Assembly (NCBI RefSeq): GCF_001194135.2
Contig: NC_068983.1
Coordinates: forward strand, 23,919,755-23,966,338
From: Octopus bimaculoides
Taxonomy: Eukaryota
Direction of reading: 5' to 3'
DNA: 46,584 nt
Part shown: positions 34,865-46,584 of the stretch, piece after piece
Position numbering within the stretch: the stretch's first letter is position 1
Layout of the letters: each line of letters starts with the position of its first letter
Made by a program: the position numbers and the translations under genes
Notes under the pieces: model-generated
Told to the model about the DNA's origin: nothing
What the model saw: the letters and a program-made list of their open reading frames with translations, nothing else
Database searches by the model: none

Positions 34865-35165
34865 CTATTTGCTGCCAGTGCTGCTGGACTGGCTCCCATG
34901 CAGGTGGCACGTAAAAGACACCATTTTGAGCATGGCCATTGCCAGTACCGTGTGATTGGCCCACGTGCTGGTGGCATGTAAAAGCACCCACTACACTCTT
35001 GGAGTGGTTGGCGTTAGGAAGGGCCTCCAGCTGTAGAAACTCTGCCAGATCAGATTGGAGCCTGGTGCAGCCTTCTGGCTTGCCAGTCCTCAGTCAAATC
35101 GTCCAACCCATGCTAGCATGGAAAGTGGACGTTAAACGATGATGATGATGATGATGGTGATGATT
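34865..35165 (+). mobile_element. SINE family B
   Basis: Family B internal repeats and tail with (GAT)n. Confidence 0.9.
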
Positions 35166-35975
35166 CCTCCATCCATCTGTCTATCGATCCATCAATCCAT
35201 TGATTTATCTATTCATCCATTTGCCCATCCATCCAACCATCCATCCATCTGTCTGTCTGCTTATTCATCCATTAGTTTGTCTGTCCATCTGCCTGTCTGT
35301 CTATCTGTCCATCTATCCGTCCGTCTGTCTGATCGTCTGTCTGTCTATCTATCTCTCTATATATCTACCTATCTATAATATCAGTTAGTTTCAGATTATC
35401 ACAGAATGGTTTTTCTTTCTGAGATTTCTCTCCTAGATGGATTGTCTTCACAACTGTGGAGGTGTGTGGCTTATTGGTTAGGGTGTTGGACTCTTGATTG
35501 TAAGATTATGGTTTCGATTCCTGTATCGGGTGACGCATTGTGTTCTTGAGCAAAACACTTCATTTCACATTGCTCCAGTCCACTCAGCTGGCAAAGATGA
35601 GTAACCCTGCAATGGACCAGCGCCTCATCCAGGTGGAAAATATATACATCCTCGAAACTGGGAAACCAGCCCTTATGAGTTGGCCAGACTTGAGAAGGAA
35701 ACTTTATTGTCTTCACAACGACTGCTGAGCACCATGAACTCTTGACTATATGGATGGCTGTGATTCTTTTGAGTTTGTCCACCCTTTCATGGGTCTTGTT
35801 TTACATCTTGCAGGATGTTCAAAATTCACCCTTCTCACCAAGCAAGCTAGGTGGGGGTTGCTAGTTTAGTTGCCAATGATCTGACCATGCAATATGCTTT
35901 TCTGGGTTACATGCTACCAGTAGTGCAAGAATGACATGATCATATATACATATATATATATACATATACACACAC

Positions 35976-36010
<35 letters not shown>

Positions 36011-36097
36011 ATGGAACTATGATTATGTGTATCACAAAAAAAAAAAAAAATACATATATATAAGTCGAAATAATTTGTTGGCCTTTTNNNNNNNNNN

Positions 36098-36584
36098 TAA
36101 TGTATTTACATTACAATATTACATTAAATGCTATGAATATAATATAACATAACATCATATTATATAACACAAATATTTATAAAAACCATAAAAGGCCAAT
36201 AAATTGTTTTGACTTGTATATATATTTTTTTCTGATATACATAATCACAACTCCTTTATATATAAAGTCAGTTCATGGTCATGATTTAGAAAAAGATGAA
36301 ATTCTGTGTGAAAGGATGACTGGATTGTCACAATTAATTTTTACAATCTAGCCATCTTTTCACATGGAATTTCATCTTTTTTTAAACCCTAACCCTGAAT
36401 TGACTTAATATATAAGGGAACTATGATTATGTGTATCACAAAAAAAAAAAAAAATACATATATATAAGTCGAAATAATTTGTTGGCCTTTTATGGTTTTT
36501 ATAATTATTTATGTTATATAATATTGTAATGTTATATTATATTCATAGTATTTCATATAATATTATAATAATATAAATACATTA
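36098..36584. repeat. ~490-bp imperfect palindrome (fold-back)
   Basis: Arms pair from TAATGTATTTA/TAAATACATTA inward to a centre AATTAATT at 36332-36339. Confidence 0.9.
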
Positions 36585-36996
36585 TCGGATTGTCAATAGT
36601 ATATCTCTATATTTAACTTACCTTTATATTTGAATTACACCAATATTTATATGGTATCCAACTGACATACCAGTGAATTGGATGTTTAACACATCCCTTT
36701 GAAGAATTTCTTTTCATCAGTTTGTTACTTTATATATATATATATATATACATATATATATAGTGTGCTATTTTGTGATGGCAAGATCAACAAAAGAAGT
36801 ACTCCATCTGATGAGAGATAAGTAATATTTAATAAACACAATATATGTTCTTATGTGTTACTTTTAGTTTCATGTGCTGAGAGCATGTCAAACAGTATTT
36901 TTAACACATCTGGTGTTGTAGCACAATTATCAGACACTGCCCACATGGTGTATTGAACTAAAATTATATATATATATATATAAATATATATATATA

Positions 36997-37259
36997 TGTA
37001 ATATATATAAGAAATTAAAGAAGGAAAATGCACACACTTTACATAGTTTTAATATAAATTTTGATATATCTTATATTGTGTTTGTCAACTGGTTTCGCTT
37101 TTGCTAATCATTAGAATTAATTTAAATGCATAAATTTTAATGTCATGATTAGCGAAAGTGAAACTGGTCAACAAACACAGTATAAAATACATCAAAAATT
37201 ATATTAAAACTATGTAAGGGGCATGCATTTTCCTTCTTTAATTTCTTATATATATTACA
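36997..37259. repeat. 263-bp fold-back palindrome
   Basis: The outer 36 bp TGTAATATATATAAGAAATTAAAGAAGGAAAATGCA is a perfect inverted repeat; the inner arms pair with mismatches. Confidence 0.92.
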
Positions 37260-37366
37260 ACTCACCAAATGGGGATAATCGATATTCTTCCCTTTCTGTT
37301 ACTTATATATATATATGTATATATACAGTTTTAGTCATGCAAACAGGAAAAATAGTACGCAAAGTA

Positions 37367-37420
<54 letters not shown>

Positions 37421-37427
37421 ATATATA

Positions 37428-37700
37428 TAGTGGGGTTGAACAAAATATTGGAAACACCTAGCACCATAGCTTCATAATTTTGAAATATCTATAAAACCAT
37501 CAAAAGCTTGTTTATTTTTATGTTTTTTGATTTATTATTAATGTTGCTTAATATGTTTTGCTAAAATTACTGTTTCTTTTCAGATATCATCAGCAAAAGG
37601 TAATTAAAATTCATTCAAATGACAGATCTATCAGACTTTCAAAGTGGTTAAATCATTGGTGCTTGTATGGCAGGTGCTAGCATAACAAAATCAGCTGATT
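37428..37700 (+). mobile_element. Tc1 element 5' end (TIR plus transposase N-terminus)
   Basis: (C/T)AGTGGGGTTGAACAAAATATTGGAAACACC after a TA run, then MTDLSDFQSG*IIGACMAGASITKSA (Tc1 paired-like HTH start); cut by a SINE. Confidence 0.85.
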
Positions 37701-37704
37701 GTTG

Positions 37705-38040
37705 CCAGTGGCGCCTTACTGGTACATGTACCAGTGGTACGTGAAAAACAACATTCAAGCGTGATTGTTGCCAATGCCGCCAGACTGGTGCAGGTAGCAC
37801 ATAAAAACACCTTTTGAGCGTGGTCGTTGCCAGAACTGGCTGACTGGCCTTTGTGCTGGTGGCATGTAAAAAGTAGCCACTACACTCTCGGAGTGGTTGG
37901 CATTAGGAAGGGCATCCAGCTATAGAAACTCTGTCAAATCAGATTGAGCCTCATGCAGCCTTTGGCTCACCAGTCCTCAGTCAAACCGTCCAACCCATGC
38001 CAGCATGGAAAGCGGACGTTAAACGATGATGATGATGATG
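37705..38040 (+). mobile_element. SINE family B
   Basis: Internal repeats and the GCATGGAAAGCGGACGTTAAACGATGATG tail. Confidence 0.88.
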
Positions 38041-38169
38041 TACATATGTATTTATGCATGTATGTATAAATGCACATGTATAAACATGCACACACATTCA
38101 TGTATTTATGTAAATATAACTGGTGTTCATGTGAGTATGTGTTCTATACATGTGTCTGTGCATGCACAC

Positions 38170-38201
<32 letters not shown>

Positions 38202-38504
38202 CAGTTAACCTTCTTTTACTGATGTTACTAATATGATAATATGCTCTTTTAACATTTTCTATCACTACTATTATGTATCCGTTCATCCAAAACATTATAG
38301 CTGCACCCTGACCCACAAGTAAAATGTTTTTCTCTATTACATCTATACAAGAATATCTATTTATTTCTTGCTCTAAAATAATTGTTGAAGTTAAAATTCT
38401 AAAGAGAAAGGGCATCTGGGTCAAACAGAAGAATTCAGCTTGATTGCAGCTGTAAACGTGCTTTTATATATATATCAGTCAGTATTTGAAATCTCTTTAA
38501 TCTA

Positions 38505-39072
38505 TTTTTGATTGTTTCGTTCATTTAACTGTGGCCCATACTGGGGCACTGCCTTGAAAGGTTTAACTGAAGAAAAAGAAATTGACTCCAGTGCACGTTC
38601 TGAAGTTCTGAAATCTGGTACTTATTCTATTGGTCTCTTTTCTTGAGTCGCTAAGCTATGGGGACATGAACTAGCAAACAATTGTTATCAAGCAGTGGTG
38701 AGGAACAAACACAAAGGCAAAGATACACACATACATGCGTGCACACACACACACATATACACGCACACACACACACACACATATGTGTGTGTATGAGTGA
38801 GCATGTATCTATATGTATTTGGTCAGGCAAAATGAACACACACATACACACTCATTGTTTTAGCAAACATTTATTAGAAGTATTACTTGAAAGTTTATGA
38901 CAGGCTTGGACGTCTACACATTTTGCATCTATCAAATTCGCTCAGAAGACGTTGGTTGAGCTAGGGCCATAGTAGAAGGTAATTTCCCTACGTACCACAT
39001 AGTAGGATTGAACCCCAAACCACATGGTTGCAAAGAAAGCTTCTTAACCACCACACAGCCATGCCTGCATCT
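38505..39072 (-). mobile_element. old diverged SINE of family A type
   Basis: TCATTTAACTGTGGCC...GGTACTTATTCTATTGGTCTC...AACCACCACACAGCCATGCCTGC. Confidence 0.7.
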
Positions 39073-40424
39073 ATAATAATCTAATGAGTATAAGATAAAA
39101 AAAGGTGTATAACATACATAAGTATGGGGTGCAAACCCAGGTCCAAAGTTTTTGTTACGAATAAGGTTGATTTTTACAATCTTTATATCAAAACAAACAC
39201 AGGTATTGTAATGATTATTATTGTTATATTTGTACATCGATTAAATCAGATAAATCAAATTATGGAAAAATAATGTTTCAAATCAGTCCAAAAATGTTTC
39301 TACACTCGAAGGATGTTCAAATCATTTTCATTGCCTCACAAAAACTTTAGTGGGTGTGCTTACTCTCCCTGCATGTCCTGTTCCCAAACCTGTGGTAACA
39401 CGTTAGAGTTGTTGTTTCTAAGTATTATTTTCTGGCATATTTGTGTGCCTCGTATGTTGTACAGGTAAGTAAGTAAGGTAAATTACCTACTTGAGTCATG
39501 TCAACTCATAAGGGCCATTTTCCTGGTTTAATGGCACATAAATTCCCCACCTGAATGGGACACTGGTCTATTGCAGGATTACTCTTTTTTGCCAGCTGAG
39601 TGGACTAGAGCAATGTGAAATGAAGTGTTTTTCTCAAGAACACAATGTGTTGCTTGGTTCAGGAATTGAAACCATAATCTTGCGATCTTGAGCCCAACAC
39701 CCTAACCACTAAGCCACGTGACCCCACTGTTGTACAGGAATGAAATTTTTTTTTGTTGTGGGTTGGAAAATGCCAGGATATTTGGCAAACATTAGTAGAT
39801 TTCATGAACTTCAAACCCATACATATGTTTACCATGTGTATCTCCCTTTTTAGAATAGATGCACTACATCTTTGCATGTCATAAGTAATGACTACATGGG
39901 TTGACAAAAAGGACCTCCAGCCATAAAATGTTGCCTCAGAAATACTATCCAATTCCATCATAGAATGGAAAAACAAATATAGAATTCTGCTGCTGTTGCT
40001 GCTGAGGTATGACACAAGTGCATGTATTTTTCTTTGCAGAAAAACACTATGCATGCACCGTTTTCAATATTTTCTTTTCATCTAAGAAAATTCTAAAAAG
40101 CTGATGGCATGTTGCAACACTTTTAGCAGCTTATTCTGTGTGAAGTTGTGTGGCTTACTGGTTAGCATGTTTAGCTTGTGATCATAAACTCCTCGGTTCT
40201 GTTCCTGGATTGGGCAGTGTGTTGTGTTCTTGAGCAAGGCACTTCATTTCACATGGCTTCAGTTTACTCAGCTGTAATATTACTACCAGCTGAATGCTGA
40301 TGTAGTTGTCTGTCTGATGTCTGCCTGTTTGCCTCTCTTTCTCACTCTCTTTCCCTTCCACTGCGACATCCTGGACGTACTTCTGGATTAAGATGGAAGT
40401 GGCCTAGAGAGTACTTATGTCTAC

Positions 40425-40520
40425 TTGCAAGTTGCTCCTAATACAATAAAACAATTAGTGGAAGCATGGCACAGGTTGCCAAGTCATATTCGTTCACAAG
40501 AGACAGCTTGCAGTACTTTG
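40425..40520 (+). mobile_element. possible CR1/L2 LINE 3' fragment
   Basis: LVEAWHRLPSHIRS resembles the V..WN.LP C-terminal motif; the match is short. Confidence 0.3.
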
Positions 40521-40572
40521 TACTTGTTCAGTGTAGTGTGGATCAAAACAGAAAGAGGTTTTTTAAAACTCA

Positions 40573-40692
40573 CTGCCTCCTCCTCCTCCTCCTCCTATTC
40601 TTCTTCTTCTTCCTCCTCTTCCTCCTCTTCCTCCTCTCCCTCCTCTCCCCCCCTCCTCCTCCACCACCACCACCACCACCACCACCACCACT
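40573..40692. repeat. (CCT)/(CTT)/(CCA)n tract
   Basis: Directly visible. Confidence 0.95.
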
Positions 40693-42335
40693 TGGGATTT
40701 ATAAAAAAGAAAGCTTTATATTACTCAGAACACATGAAACAAGGATTAACTAAGAATCTAAACACATGCATGNNNNNNNNNNNNNNNNNNNNNNNNNNNN
40801 NNNNNNNNNNNNNNNNNNNNNNNNNNNNNNTATAAAAAGGATTTGGACAGGCAAAGGTTTGATAACCAACTAATTTCATAACTCAATGGTTCCCAGTGAG
40901 AAAAGCAGATTAATGTTGACCCCTTAGTATTTAGCTGTAATTTATTGACATTATTTTGAGTTAATCATATGTTATCTCATAGCTTCAAGATTTGAATAAT
41001 GCGATTATTTATTTTTAGAGTAAAAAGAAAAAGGTAAGTTACCTCTTCAAGTCATGCTGACTCATAAGGGCCAATTTCCTGGTTTTCGTGGCGTATATCT
41101 TCCCCACCTGGATGGGATGCCAGTCTGTCACAGGATTACTCATTTTTGCCTGTTGAGTGGACTGGAGCAACATGAAATGACGTGTTTTGCTCAAGAACCC
41201 AACGAGTCACCCAGTCCAGGAATTGAAACCATAATCTTATGATCATGAGTCAAACACCCTAAGAGTTAAGTCAGACACTTCCATTATTTTTAGAGTAACA
41301 ATTTAGGGTAGATGTGAAGGGCTAGAACTGGCCAGTGTGAATCTAAAGTGGGTAAAATATTTGGGTCAGATATTACCATCTCAAATGGCTCATGCTCAGT
41401 TGGTGTCTCTTTATCCAGTCTCTGTGGTTTTTCTATATTCAGTGCTCATGCTCCACACTCTGGCACCATTACATTTCTTTCTCATGATTTGTACAGTATA
41501 TTTTCCCCCAGAGATAGACAAATAGAGAGAGGGGAGAAAGGAAGAAAGAAATAAAGGGGAGAGAGAGAGGATGGGGAAAGAGACAGAGTGACAGAGGGAG
41601 AAGTTCATTGTTGCCAAGCAAGGAAACAGTTTAATAATTCCTTAAATTTTGCTACTCCTTCTTTACTCTAGCTTTCCTTACACTTTCACTACAACCATCT
41701 CCATCACTAATTCGATCATATAGGTAACAAAAAATTATTAACAATGTCTAGTGAGCTGTATGAGCCGTGCATTGATTTCTTTTGATTAGTGCTCCGACTG
41801 CTAACTACCCGCATGTATATAACACATTTGAATTCCTGATATAAATATATCTATACACTAATTCACCCACCCACATACAACATACACACACACACACTCA
41901 CACATCCCTTTTATATATGATTATATTGCTAACTAGTATAGACAGTGAGTGTATTTCTATTGATTTTCAAAATGAGAATTCAATGTATTTTGTGAAATAA
42001 CCATATTTTATTGGTACATTATGCTGGTTGTTAGAATACATTTTAAAAGGTTCTTGCATAAAATTGTGATTGAAATTTTCCCTCAAGTTATTATTTATGC
42101 AATAACAAGATTTTTGGTAGAGATATTAATTTCAATATGGAAACTTTAATATGGACTTTAATATGGTTTCAGGCAGATTGGTAACTTAGGTTAGGTATAT
42201 GCCAAAATGCAGATATAAAATCAACACAGATTTGTTGATATAAAATATTTGATGTATCAGTCTTTGTTAAATTTCACTGTTTGATAAGCATTCTCACCAC
42301 ATAGTTCCTAAATAGAAATGTTCTCTTTATTTTAA

Positions 42336-42485
42336 CCCTTTTGATACCAGCATGCTCAAAACTGCCCAAGTTCTATAACATAAACTTGCAGTTTTAAATG
42401 GATCTATATGAAAACTTCCCACCAAAATTTTATGTTAATTTATATTTCAGACACTAGCTTTAATAAGGACAAAGTGATTTTAGTA
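42336..42485 (+). mobile_element. piggyBac-like MITE, left part
   Basis: TTAA|CCCTTTTGATACC start; the right end was not found. Confidence 0.45.
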
Positions 42486-43461
42486 GTTCGTATGTGTATT
42501 TGGTGTGCAAGATTCTTGATGTGAATACGTGTGTTGAAAGAAATACTATTAAACCTTGGGAGAGGCATTATGCTGGTAATAAACACACGCACTGGTTCAG
42601 TCTATTATTTATTTATAAACAGTATTTAGTTTTTTTGTTAAATCATTTCATTGCACTCTTGCAATCTCTTTAGTAACCCGTCTCTCCACTTCCATTTAAT
42701 TTGAATGTATGATTTTGAAATTGTCCGGTATGAGCATGTGAGTGTGTGCATGCTCGTATGTCTGCACGCTCGTATGTGTGCATGCTTATATGTAAGCATG
42801 TGCGTCCATATGTGTGTTTGTTAAATTTCATTCATATCAGATAAGATATTAGTAATTTATACATTATTTTAGTAAGATAAGATTTTAGTAAGCTATACAT
42901 TATTTTCAAAATTAATTGAAGCAAAAGTAATGTATTTCAACAGAAATATGGTAACAAAAGGTTTAAAGTATGTAGGGATTTATAGATTTGGTATTTTTCT
43001 ACTATATTGACCAAGTTCATAGGAGCTCTTACACTGGCAGCATTTCTGGTTGTATCCATACCATAGTTATTATAAGAAATGTTATTGGAAAATGTAGATG
43101 TTAAAATGTGATATGTCAATTTGAAAAACTCTATAGATATAGAGCTGTTGGCAAAGATAGGGCTATCCCATCAAGGTTGTTTAAGGATGATGAACAAAAC
43201 ACCCATGCTTCCAGAGATGAATTATTCAAACCCCAAATAATTCCTCTCAATGCATGGTCTTGATACTCCCCCACTGCTTCTACTCATGATTAGAGAGGTA
43301 CATATCATCAGCCTCTAAGGGACATACTCAACTGGTTAAGGTTAAGCGACTGACAAACAAATCTGTGGTATTGAGCAGAATATTTGCTGTAGCCCATTAA
43401 TATTATTATAATTTATTATTACTATTATTATGATTATTATTATTATTATTATTATTATTAA

Positions 43462-44985
43462 AGATGGCAAGCTGACAGACCCATTAGTATGCTGGATAAA
43501 ATGCTTAGAATTATTTCGCTCGTTGCTATGTTCTGAGTTCACATCCCACCAAGGTTGGCTATGCCTTTTGTTGTAATCCTCTGTTGGGCTGTCCACTTTG
43601 GTATAGCAGTATAGTTAGTTAGACAAGCAAGACATGACTATCTATTTATTACTGTCTACCCAACTGATACTCTCAGCTTCCTACATCACAATATTTATAA
43701 CTACTAGTACATACCACTCATCACGTAGGAGGAGGTGTTCTGTTATTGCTATTATCCCCATAACATCTCCCCTTTTAAGTTTACCCTTTTTCTTAGGGAG
43801 TGTAATTTTATTTCTTTTTTTCTTAGCAATAATTTTTACATCACCCCACTTCCCTTTTTTTAGTTTTTTTCATACAGTTACACATTTAATCTCTTTTTCA
43901 TTTGGCATCCACTTCCAGGAACTCCGTACATTCTCTTCTTCTTTTGCTTGTGCATCTGGGTTCAATTATTTGAAGTGGTGTTGATACTTGAAAAGTATAA
44001 TATAACTATTCCATTGGTTCTTTCTTCCTCTTGGGTTTGCTCTTAACGAATCTTTTTTTAGTTGATTTATGTGTCTCTTGTATACCCCTTTTCTTCCAAG
44101 TTTCTTCATTCACAATGGTAATATCACTTCCAATGTCTAACTGCATTTTTACACTTAAAATTTTAATGTTCACATTTAAGAATTTCTTCTTTGTCACATT
44201 ACCATTTTCTTTCGATGACATCTCGTTTATTCTTCTTTCTTTGTTCCAACGTTTTGTCATCTTGATTTTACAGTGCACTTTTACATGTCCAATTTTTCCA
44301 CAACGGAAACATTCTGCTTTCTTAAATGGGCAGTTTTTTCTCAGGTACAGACCTCCTTATGCAAAACAAGAATTTATTTCTTGGTTTTTGTCCTGTGTAC
44401 TGTATTTTAGTACACACTTGATTTCTATTCTGCCTGTTTTGCACTTGTTTCACTTGGGAGCAATCTTTATATTCAACTTTCTCTGTGTATTGTCTTAAAT
44501 TTACTATTCTTTCACACTCTTCTGACACTTGTTGTAAGGTTACAACTTGATTTTTTTCCAGCTTAGCAAGAATTCTTGTTCTTCTGTCTTTTTCTGAAGT
44601 TAGTCCCTGAGTGAATATCAGGCACTTGAACATATCTGGCGTTAATTCGTCACATTCTTTGACACCACTGTAATTTTCTGTCAGGCTGTTATAATGTCCA
44701 CTCCTGTATAGCAGTATAGTTAGTTAGACAAGTAAGACATTACTATCTATCTATGACTGACTACCTCCTCTTGACTTCCTACATCACAGTATTTATAACT
44801 ACTAGCGAATACCACTCGTCACATGCGAGGAGTGTTCCATTATTACTATTATCCCCATAACACTTTTCAACCATTCAAAGTCAATAAACTAAGTACCAGT
44901 CAAGTACTGGGGTTGATGTGATTGACTATCCTGCTCTCCTCAAATTCCAGGCCTTGTGCATATAGTAGAAAGGATTATTATTATT
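43462..44985 (+). mobile_element. SINE family C split by an LTR element (halves 43462-43568 and 44863-44985)
   Basis: The left half ends ...GGTTGGCTATGCCTTT and the right half resumes CTTTTCAACC...AAACTAAGTACCAGTCAAGTACTGGGG, reconstituting the family C GCCTTTCATCC...TAAGTACCAG block. Confidence 0.8.
43569..44862 (-). mobile_element. internally deleted Gypsy LTR retrotransposon with two LTRs, PBS, PPT and CTTT TSD
   Basis: LTRs at about 43569-43765 and 44669-44862 (both end CCCCATAACA on +). PPT is TCTCCCCTTTTAA (+) at 43766; PBS is TGGTGTC (-) at 44661-44667. Internal gag FKCLIFTQGL...RILAKLE, knuckle CFRCGKIGHVKVHC, protease MQLDIGSDITIV. Confidence 0.92.
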
Positions 44986-45013
44986 ATTGTTGCTGTTGTT
45001 GTTGTTGTTGTTG

Positions 45014-45107
<94 letters not shown>

Positions 45108-45112
45108 CATTA
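44985..45112. repeat. (GTT)/(ATT)n array
   Basis: Directly visible. Confidence 0.97.
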
Positions 45113-46125
45113 TTCAGTAGTCTTATTTTATCATGATCTTTCACTGCACTACTGAGTGCAGCTCTGTGTGCCTTGGCTATGTGCTGTGGTTTGTTATGAT
45201 GCTCTTATTTTTACTGTATTGAAAGTGTTTTATGTAGGATCTGTGTGGTGCCTAGTGCTATTGTTTGTATGCTATATAAACTTGTTAGTCCTATGTTTTT
45301 GTTATGTATTTGTCTGAATATTTTTTTTATCATACCTAATGCACCTACTATGTTAGGTCTTTGTATTTTGAAAGTTTCTCCATTTCTTTTAGAGAAACGT
45401 TTTCATCTGTTAGTATCAATACATTAATTAGAAAACAGTATTTTTCTTGATGATCTCTGACAACTATATCTGGCCTATTGACCTTAATTTCTCCATCTGT
45501 GTGTATTGGCATGTCCCATAGTATGGTTGCTTTCTCATTTTCTGTGACCTTTTCTGGTGTGTGCCTATACCACCTTTTTTCTATTGTTATTCCATAGTGT
45601 TGGTACAGCTTCCAATGTATATAGATCTCAACTCTGTCATGTGTGTGAATATATTCCTTTTTAGCCAGGAGTGAGAAGCCAGAGACAATATGATTTATTG
45701 TTTCTTGTCCATCTCCACATATTCTGCAGTTACGTGTATTTCTTTTCATTACATGTTTTTGGTAATTTCTGGTGGGGAGGCTTTGGTCTTGTGCTGCAAT
45801 TAAAAATCCTTCAGTCTCTGCTGTGAGTCCTGATCTTCTTAGCCAGTGTTGGGATTTTACTTTGTCTATATCTTTTTTATTTAGTTTAATCCAGTAATTT
45901 CCACGAAGGAGCTTTTCTTGCCATCGTTTTATCATGATCTGTTGCTGTTCCAGTTTTAGTTTGGATTTCAGTTGTTTTACAGCTTTTGTTGTTTCTTCTT
46001 TTTCTTCATAGTCATTAGATACTATGACTTCTTTTTTTGTATTTGTCAGCTTCTCTAAAGACAGAAAATGTTTTTTTTTTTGTTTTGTTCTTGTTTTGTG
46101 GCTACTTGTATCAGTTTTCCTTGCC
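45113..46125 (-). mobile_element. R4/Dong-like RLE non-LTR retrotransposon, 5'-truncated
   Basis: ORF 45348-45935: ETEGFLIAAQDQSLPTRNY, CRICGDGQETINHIVSG, HDRV, WDMPIHTD...NRPDIVV...EKLSKYKDL; then IVGALG...TLSIQ* and a 3' UTR followed by (TAA)n. Confidence 0.93.
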
Positions 46126-46230
46126 TCTGATGTAGGTATTTCTGTAGTTTTATGGTTGTTGTTGCTATTATTATTATCATTATTATTATTATAATTATAT
46201 TATTTTATTATTATTATTACTATTATTATT

Positions 46231-46584
46231 GTTCAGTAGTTTTATTTTTATAACGTGCTTTCACTTCACTACCGAGCGCAGCTCTGTGCGCCTTGAGTAT
46301 GTGCTGTGGTTTGCTGTGGTGCTCTTATGTTTACTGTATTGAAAGTGTTTTGCGTAGAATGTGTGCAGTACCCAATAGTGCAATTTTCTGTATGTTATAT
46401 ATATTTGTAAGTTCTGGTGTTTTTGTTATGTATTTGTCTGAATATTTTTTTATTATACCTAAGGCACCTACTATGATAGGAATTGTTTATGTTTTTAGCT
46501 TCCACATTCGAGTTATCTCTATTTCCAGGTCTTTGTATTTTGAAAGTTTTTCCATTTCTTTTAGAGAAACGTTGTCATCTGCTG
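46231..46584 (-). mobile_element. second tandem copy of the same RLE element (runs off the window)
   Basis: 3' UTR and C-terminus align with 45113-45415 and retain EIEITRMW..., which the first copy lacks; separated from it by an (ATT)n tract. Confidence 0.92.

Noticed and set aside
36384-36396. Two telomeric TAACCC units
   Set aside because: Too short, and part of a diverged palindrome arm.
42936-43066. Hydrophobic peptide IWYFSTILTKFIGALTLAAFLVVSIP and a RhoGAP-like GLKYVGIYR
   Set aside because: The two are in different frames, splice signals are poor, and the similarity does not extend.

Overview
AT-rich, gapped eukaryotic scaffold that is almost entirely repeats and mobile-element relics. 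The SINE families look like those I know from Octopus (inference, not verified). I could not support any intact host protein-coding gene, only a few weak micro-exon candidates. Contents: (i) many copies of at least four tRNA-headed SINE families; (ii) DNA transposon relics (mariner, Tc1, Tigger/pogo, piggyBac-like MITE, Helentron-type HINE); (iii) retroelement relics (RTE, Tx1/L1-like, restriction-like-endonuclease R4/Dong-like copies abutting (TAA)n arrays, Gypsy); (iv) a 5S rRNA-derived copy; (v) dense microsatellites and N gaps with duplicated flanks. Best signals: a 1.7 kb Penelope-like element with an 11-bp TSD whose inverted ends each carry a tRNA-like Pol III promoter followed by a minimal hammerhead ribozyme motif; a 1.3 kb internally deleted Gypsy element with both LTRs, PBS, PPT and TSD splitting a SINE; two long fold-back palindromes at 36.1-37.3 kb; an unexplained array of a 20-bp motif in alternating orientation at 33.6-34.2 kb; and a ~395-bp tandem duplication bounded by splice-like sites. 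All coordinates and alignments were made by eye; no database searches were run.
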